DNA of 37,665 nucleotides from contig NIVC01002431.1 of NCBI GenBank assembly GCA_002269645.1, positions 1 through 37,665 of the forward strand, read 5' to 3'. The position numbers and the translations under genes are program-made. The notes below the pieces were generated by a model. That model had not been told where the DNA came from. It saw nothing but the letters and a program-made list of their open reading frames with translations, and ran no database searches. Positions 32,393-37,665 of this stretch are shown here, piece by piece. Source of the DNA: Macrostomum lignano (lineage: Eukaryota). Numbering within the stretch: the first letter of the stretch is position 1; the number at the start of each line of letters is the position of its first letter.

Positions 32393-32459
32393 TGGTCAAA
32401 ATACGACCAGCTGCTCAACAAAGCTACTGTACATAAACAAGTGATGTAGTATCGCCTGG
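32393..32459 (+). repeat. 67-bp direct repeat, right copy
   Basis: tggtcaaaatacgaccagctgctcaacaaagctactgtacataaacaagtgatgtagtatcgcctgg, directly after the B2 repeat. Confidence 0.9.
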
Positions 32460-32808
32460 GGAAATCAAGATAGATGGAATATAACGCGATTATTTAAATC
32501 GGAGAGACGAGGCAAGGAGGGACGTATAGGAACCGCTGGTAATATTGCTTGTAAATGCCGTCGAAACTTGTTAAAATGTTATGTTCACTCTAAATTTAAA
32601 ACAATGATTTTCTTCGAAATGTTTCGGAGACTAAAGCGAACGAATTGCGTGCAGCAAACAAAAACAGCACTTGCAGTTGTTATTGTTGCATTTGCTACAG
32701 ACCAACAGCCTGATTGATTTAGAATTATTTATTTATTAAGTAATTATTTGCAACTCTTTCCTTTATTTGATAGTTTACCTCTGTATGCATAAAACAATCA
32801 AACATACG

Positions 32809-33963
32809 AAAGTATATTCATATTCAAACATTATAATGTATAGGTGCAAGTAGCAAGTAGATTGTATTATTCAATGGTATTTAGGTAGTAACCTTTACTT
32901 AACTCAGCTATATTAGCATCTTAATTTATTACTAATATTGTCTTACTAGTAAACCCATGTTGCTTCAGTTCTCAAAAAATGATTTTTGCATTATTAGGTC
33001 TAACTGTCTATGCTGTCTAAATTTATTGGGCTCAGAGTAAAGGCTTAGTGTAGCCATATTTCCATATTAAATTTTGAAAAATCATCCTTTTTTGGCTCAT
33101 TGCTTTGTTATTATGGGTGCATTTTTGGATATTTTGAACATTTTTAATTAGACCCAGTTATTATACTCCCTAGCCCTAGGCCCTAATATTTTTAATGGAT
33201 ATAGATCATTGTTTAAGATATTGTCTAATCTTATTTATCATTATTATTATTTTATATAGTTCAAAAATACTTTTTAATAGCCAGATAAGCCTATTATTGA
33301 TTTCTATTTTTGAGTAGAAATATAACTATTATATGCTACTTTCTTTTTTATTCAAGTGAAAAATAATTTGAAACTTTTCACAATATGTCTAGGATTTAAA
33401 TGAGTTTATTCTAGAGTTTTTTTCTAGAGTTTAGGAGTTTTAATCTTCTTTCTGTCTCTTTTCCTGCTTAGATTTTTTATTTAAATTGACAATTTAAGTA
33501 GCAATAATGACTTAGTTTTTTATGGCCAAATAAGTTACATATATATTTATATTCATAACTTCTAATAGTTGAACTACTTAATTACTTATTCAAAATAAAA
33601 AATAAAATACAAGTCTAAAAATATCAAATTTGTTGAAAATGAGAGCATTTTCAGAAAAAAAGAAAAAATCTAATTGTTTTAGGCCTACTCAAAAATTCAT
33701 AAAATCTCTTTTTTCTTAAGCTCCTTTACCATTAGTCTTGCATACAGTTTAATTGTACTTCTATGTTTATTTTGCTTTCTACTATAGTTCAAAAGTGTTT
33801 CCCAACAAGAAACTCATGTCACGTGGCATGGGTGTGTTGCAATTTATAATTCTGCCAAAGATTATCAGCAAGAGCTTTGATAACAGTAGTAATTTTCCTG
33901 ACCCTCACAGGTGCTTCTCAGATCTGTTAATTGCTTTGTTAGCAATTTGAATGCAAGTACACT
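32809..33963 (-). mobile_element. CpG-free AT-rich tract, probable hypermutated LINE (non-LTR RT) relic
   Basis: No CG from 32809 to 33821 by manual reading. The minus strand gives EY(K)x-LGLI...KA...KYG...TAxTVRP over 33168-32996, with spacing like the YKYLG...KA...WG...YTAxVRP region of non-LTR RTs. The LINE identity is an inference. Confidence 0.45.
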
Positions 33964-34140
33964 CGAGTATGAAGTGAGACCCCATAGCGTTTGTTCGGAT
34001 TGGCTGTTTAAAAAGGTTCGTGAGAAGGTCGAGCCGATTAAACATAGGCATATAGCCTCTTCAAAACTTCACATTTTAAGTCCCTACTAATGATTAAACT
34101 TTGCAGTTGTCACGCGCACACATTGATTATTGTGTCCACA

Positions 34141-35255
34141 ATGCCAAGCCACGGTGCCAATGTCAGCGAGAAGAGCAGTCTGGTGTCTCACGCCGGTCCG
34201 TCCTACCACGCCATGCAGCGGGGCACCAGCTCGGACAGCGAGGCCGGGCTGCACTGCCACGCCAGCGAGCAGGTCAGGGAACAGCTGCTGGCGCTCGGCC
34301 AGCGCACGGCCCGGCGCAAGCTCTGGGTCGCCTCGCTGCTCTGCCTGCTCTTCATGGCCGGCGAGATCGTTGGCGGCGCCATCGCCAACAGTTTGGCCAT
34401 CATGACGGACGCTGCTCACCTGCTGACGGACTTTGCCAGCTTCATGATTAGCCTGCTGGCGCTCTACCTGGCCTCCAGGCCGGCCACGAAGAGAATGAGC
34501 TTCGGTTGGCACCGGGCCGAAGTTGTCGGGGCCCTGGTTTCTGTGCTCATGATCTGGGTGGTCACCGGTATACTGGTTTACCTGGCAATTGAACGCGTTG
34601 TCAATCAGAACTTCGAAGTTCAAGGCCAGGCTATGCTCATCACGTCCGGTGTTGGTGTGGCGGTTAACATCATCATGGCGGTGACGCTGCATCAGCACGG
34701 TCACAGTCACGGCACTGACCACGGTCACAGTCACGCCAACAATCACGGCAACGATGATCACGGTCATTCAGACCAAAACATCAACGTTCGGGCAGCTTTT
34801 ATTCATGTAGTTGGCGACTTCTTGCAGAGTCTGGGCGTCCTCTGTGCGGCCTTTGTTATTTACTACCGACCTGACTTGAAACTGGCGACCCCATCTGCAC
34901 CTTCCTGTTCTCCATCCTGGTCCTGTTCACCACTTTCAGCATTTTGCGCGACACTATGCGCGTGCTGATGGAGGCTACACCCAAGGGCTTGGACTTCAAC
35001 ATTGTCAAGGAGACGCTCGCCTCTGTGCCAGGCGTTATCGAAGTGCACAACCTGCGCCTGTGGAGTCTCACAATGAACAAAACGGCCGTCAGCGCGCACC
35101 TGGCCGTTGTTAAGGACGCTAATCAGCAGGAGTTGCTGCTGGCGGCCACAAGGCTGGTTAAGCAGCGGTTTCAACTTCACGAGGTCACTGTGCAGATCGA
35201 GGAATACGTTGAGGCCATGGCAGACTGCGAGCACTGCCAGGACCCGCAAGACTGA
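34141..35255 (+). CDS. SLC30A2: ZnT2/SLC30A2-like cation diffusion facilitator zinc transporter, about 371 aa after restoring one base at 34886/34887 (sequencing error or recent pseudogene)
   Basis: ARRKLWVASLLCL, SLAIMTDAAHLLTD (TM2 HxxxD), FGWHRAEVVGA, His-rich loop HQHGHSHGTDHGHSH, NINVRAAFIHVVGD (TM5 HxxxD). The frame shifts at ctg gc- gac ccc atc tgc (ADPIC), then continues VLMEATP, VHNLRLWSLT, VTVQIE, CEHCQDPQD-stop. No introns in the CDS; aataaa near 35299. The symbol denotes the ZnT2/3/8 subfamily. Confidence 0.88.
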
Positions 35256-37665
35256 TCACTCCTGCTCTTCAGTCTCAAAGACTTTATAACGTTTATTGCA
35301 ATAAATACATGAGAAGCATGTAATCGCTTTTTTGCAACTTTATTTACTATTGAATGCAATATAAAAAAGGTGCTCCGTCCGCATGGCGATTCTGATTTTC
35401 CGTTCAATTTGGCCCTTGTCCTTGTCGTTAGACAGAGCTCCATCCCTATTTGCCTCACTAATTGACCAAATATTTAGTTTGTGTTATCATGTAATTCAAG
35501 TATACGAACTGAAGAGCAACAGTGTAAGTTGTGCTGTCTTAGCAAAATTGGCAAAATGTAACAGCGACTTAGTGTTTTGCTTTTTTGTCTGGCTTTTTTT
35601 GGCCTAATTCAAATACTTTCAATTAGCCACTTGCACATTTTTCAGTGTCATTTTTTCTATTTTTGAAGGCTATTTACATAAATTTATCGACAGTTTTTTG
35701 GCATTCCGCTACGTTTTATACATTTGAACTCAACAACAAATATTAATGAATCAAGCGTTGAAAAATATACAAGCAATTATTTTCTTTTTTCGAATAACCT
35801 ACACACTTTCTTAGGACCTTTTCGGCTTTTAATCTGTTTCGTTTTTCTCAATCGACTTTTTCTTTTAAATTTTAGTCTGCAATAGTTTAAAAGATATTGG
35901 AATAACTTTTGCTGCAAGCATCTATTGTAGTGCCCGGGTAGTTAGTTGCCTCTTTATCTGGACTGCGGGAAAAATATTTACTCGCAGGTGCCTACTTCAA
36001 GTAGCTAGTTACTGAGGCCAGTCGGAGACTTTTCGTTGTACTGCCATTTTTCATACCCTGGCTTATGTGAGCGGCTAAAAATAGCTTGCACTTCGTGCGG
36101 CGTCTTCACAACACCAGCGCGATAAGACTCGATGGTCGAAAGTTCTAAAAGTCAGCTGCGGCGCATCTTTGGCGCTTGTTACATTGCGTTAGAACTGGAG
36201 CTAATAGTGCAAACACTTCACATAACTAGGACTGTGAACGTCTTACTCTGTCTTCTAGTTTTAATTCAATCGAACTTGTACGTACGTAATGTACTAACTT
36301 GTCAGTTTTCTAAAGGATAGTCACTTGAATGAACTTGGCGATAGAGTGCTGCGCGTTGGTGAACTACATGTACCTTTGAAGCGTCCCAACCTGAAGCACG
36401 ACCTGGGGTACGGCTAGACTCGGTACTCTTCAGATTTAAGTCAGTCGGAGAATACAGGTTGCTACGTAAGCCAGAGAAACTTACGGGCATCCCACAAGTC
36501 AGTGTCGGTCGAGTAGCAAAAAATGAAGTACTCGTACATTTAAATCTGAGAGTTCTAGTTCACTCCGCTGTCATGCAATCGAGTCATCACATTACGCGTA
36601 CTGTAAAGAGCTCGGTCGGGTCTATAAGAGATTTTCCCGCCAAAGTTTTTCCGCACGGAGTTTTCCCAAACGGAGAACACGTAGAACACCCCCGAACAAC
36701 CCCATAGCTAACTGACAGTTCAAATTAGGCTTGAGCTTTAATGTACACGGCCTCTAAAATGTTGAAATTGCACTCAAGACGGCAGGAATCAATCATCTTA
36801 AACAGTTGAGTTGCTGTTGCAACATGAATCAAACGTGAGCAGGTGTTCTTGGATGGCAATCTTTTAGTTTACTGCTCCTCGACCCTTTGTGTACAGGTGT
36901 CGCTTCGTTTTCCCTATGTAAGAGATACTCGTTCTGGTCCTCAGAGCACTGAAACTTAGAAACGACACCTGCAGTAAGTGGTCGAGGGACACGGGACTTC
37001 AAGCTGCAAACATATTCTATGATTCTCTGACAGTAGGCAGGAAAAGGCGCCAGTGGATTCAGTGCGCTAGATGGACGTCAAAACTGCGGGGGCAGAACTG
37101 ATCGCTGCGCAAAACTTCCTGTGGGTGTACGCTACCGAAAAACTTCACAAAAGCTTCTGTGGGAAAACTCTGCTGCGGGAGAACTAAGCTGGAGGGAAAC
37201 TTCATGCAGGAACCCTTCTGCAGGGAAATCTGGTGCTCCCAACACCTCAATGAAGAGTAGGAACTCTCAGAAACCGGTCCTGGCCTAAAGTTACACGCGC
37301 GCATATCTTGTACAAGTTAACGGGGAGTCCAGTTAACAGGAGACGGTTCAATTTATCGAGCAGGGCTTACAGTGTTCAGTACAGTGTTAGAATTCGGATC
37401 GCATGGATTAATGTAAATCAAAACGCCGCCGCCACAAGATTAGGAACGGTCATGACAGATTGGCTGATCCGAGTCGGTTTAAACTTTCTGACTCAGACTT
37501 AAAATACCTGTGCGTGTTCCGATGCTAAAGTTTTTACTGAAAGTAGTAAATCTATCTAGTTAAGCATTGTCCAAGAACACAATCCGTCAAATGCCATTGG
37601 TGGTACGATCTAACAGGAAAGAGAGTTATTATGTTAGAAAACACCGGTTGTCCTTGGCGACCGAG

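Larger units (their letters stand above)
29050..32393 (+). mobile_element. Decayed Ngaro-type (DIRS-order) tyrosine-recombinase retrotransposon, 5' end lost
   Basis: Order is gag zinc-knuckle remnant, RT, RNase H, tyrosine recombinase, then split direct repeats (B1 31974-32047, B2 32324-32393). RNase H ends near 30790 and YR starts near 30940, leaving no room for a methyltransferase domain, which favours Ngaro over DIRS1/PAT. Confidence 0.85.

Noticed and set aside
33860-33925. Degenerate P-loop-like string (minus strand EAPVRVRKITTVIKALAD) in the CpG-free tract
   Set aside because: It needs several back-mutations to give GxxGxGKT and has no supporting Walker B; likely chance.
34087-34767. 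226-aa minus-strand ORF
   Set aside because: Antisense shadow of the ZnT coding sequence.
35256-35340. Processed-pseudogene hallmarks for the ZnT gene
   Set aside because: No genomic poly(A) tract or flanking target-site duplication was seen.
37080-37235. Degenerate short repeats (ctg.ggg..aact)
   Set aside because: Too irregular to define a unit or an element by eye.

Overview
Metazoan (invertebrate) genomic DNA, not prokaryotic: GC-rich spliced exons sit in AT-rich, repeat-dense introns and intergenic DNA. The style is reminiscent of a flatworm such as Macrostomum, but that is a weak inference. Four protein-coding genes can be built by hand. (1) A two-exon, four-transmembrane, MS4A/CD20-like protein (+, 8382-10573). 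(2) A divergent three-exon casein kinase 1 (CK1/TTBK group) kinase with large N-lobe insertions and HHD in place of HRD (+, 13646-15922). (3) A five-exon histamine H1-like GPCR (-, 18478-26505). (4) An intronless ZnT2-like (SLC30A) zinc transporter with a single-base frameshift (+, 34141-35255). Mobile DNA includes a decayed Ngaro-type tyrosine-recombinase retrotransposon flanked by an unexpected 67-bp direct repeat, five copies of one tRNA-derived SINE family, two MITE-like elements, a roughly 1-kb CpG-free AT-rich tract that looks like a hypermutated LINE relic, and several micro- and minisatellites. No CRISPR array, rRNA or functional tRNA is supported. I cannot claim a wholly new biological system. 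The best leads are the CpG-free relic, the Ngaro flanking repeat, the unusual kinase and the W6.48F histamine receptor. All alignments and counts were done by eye.
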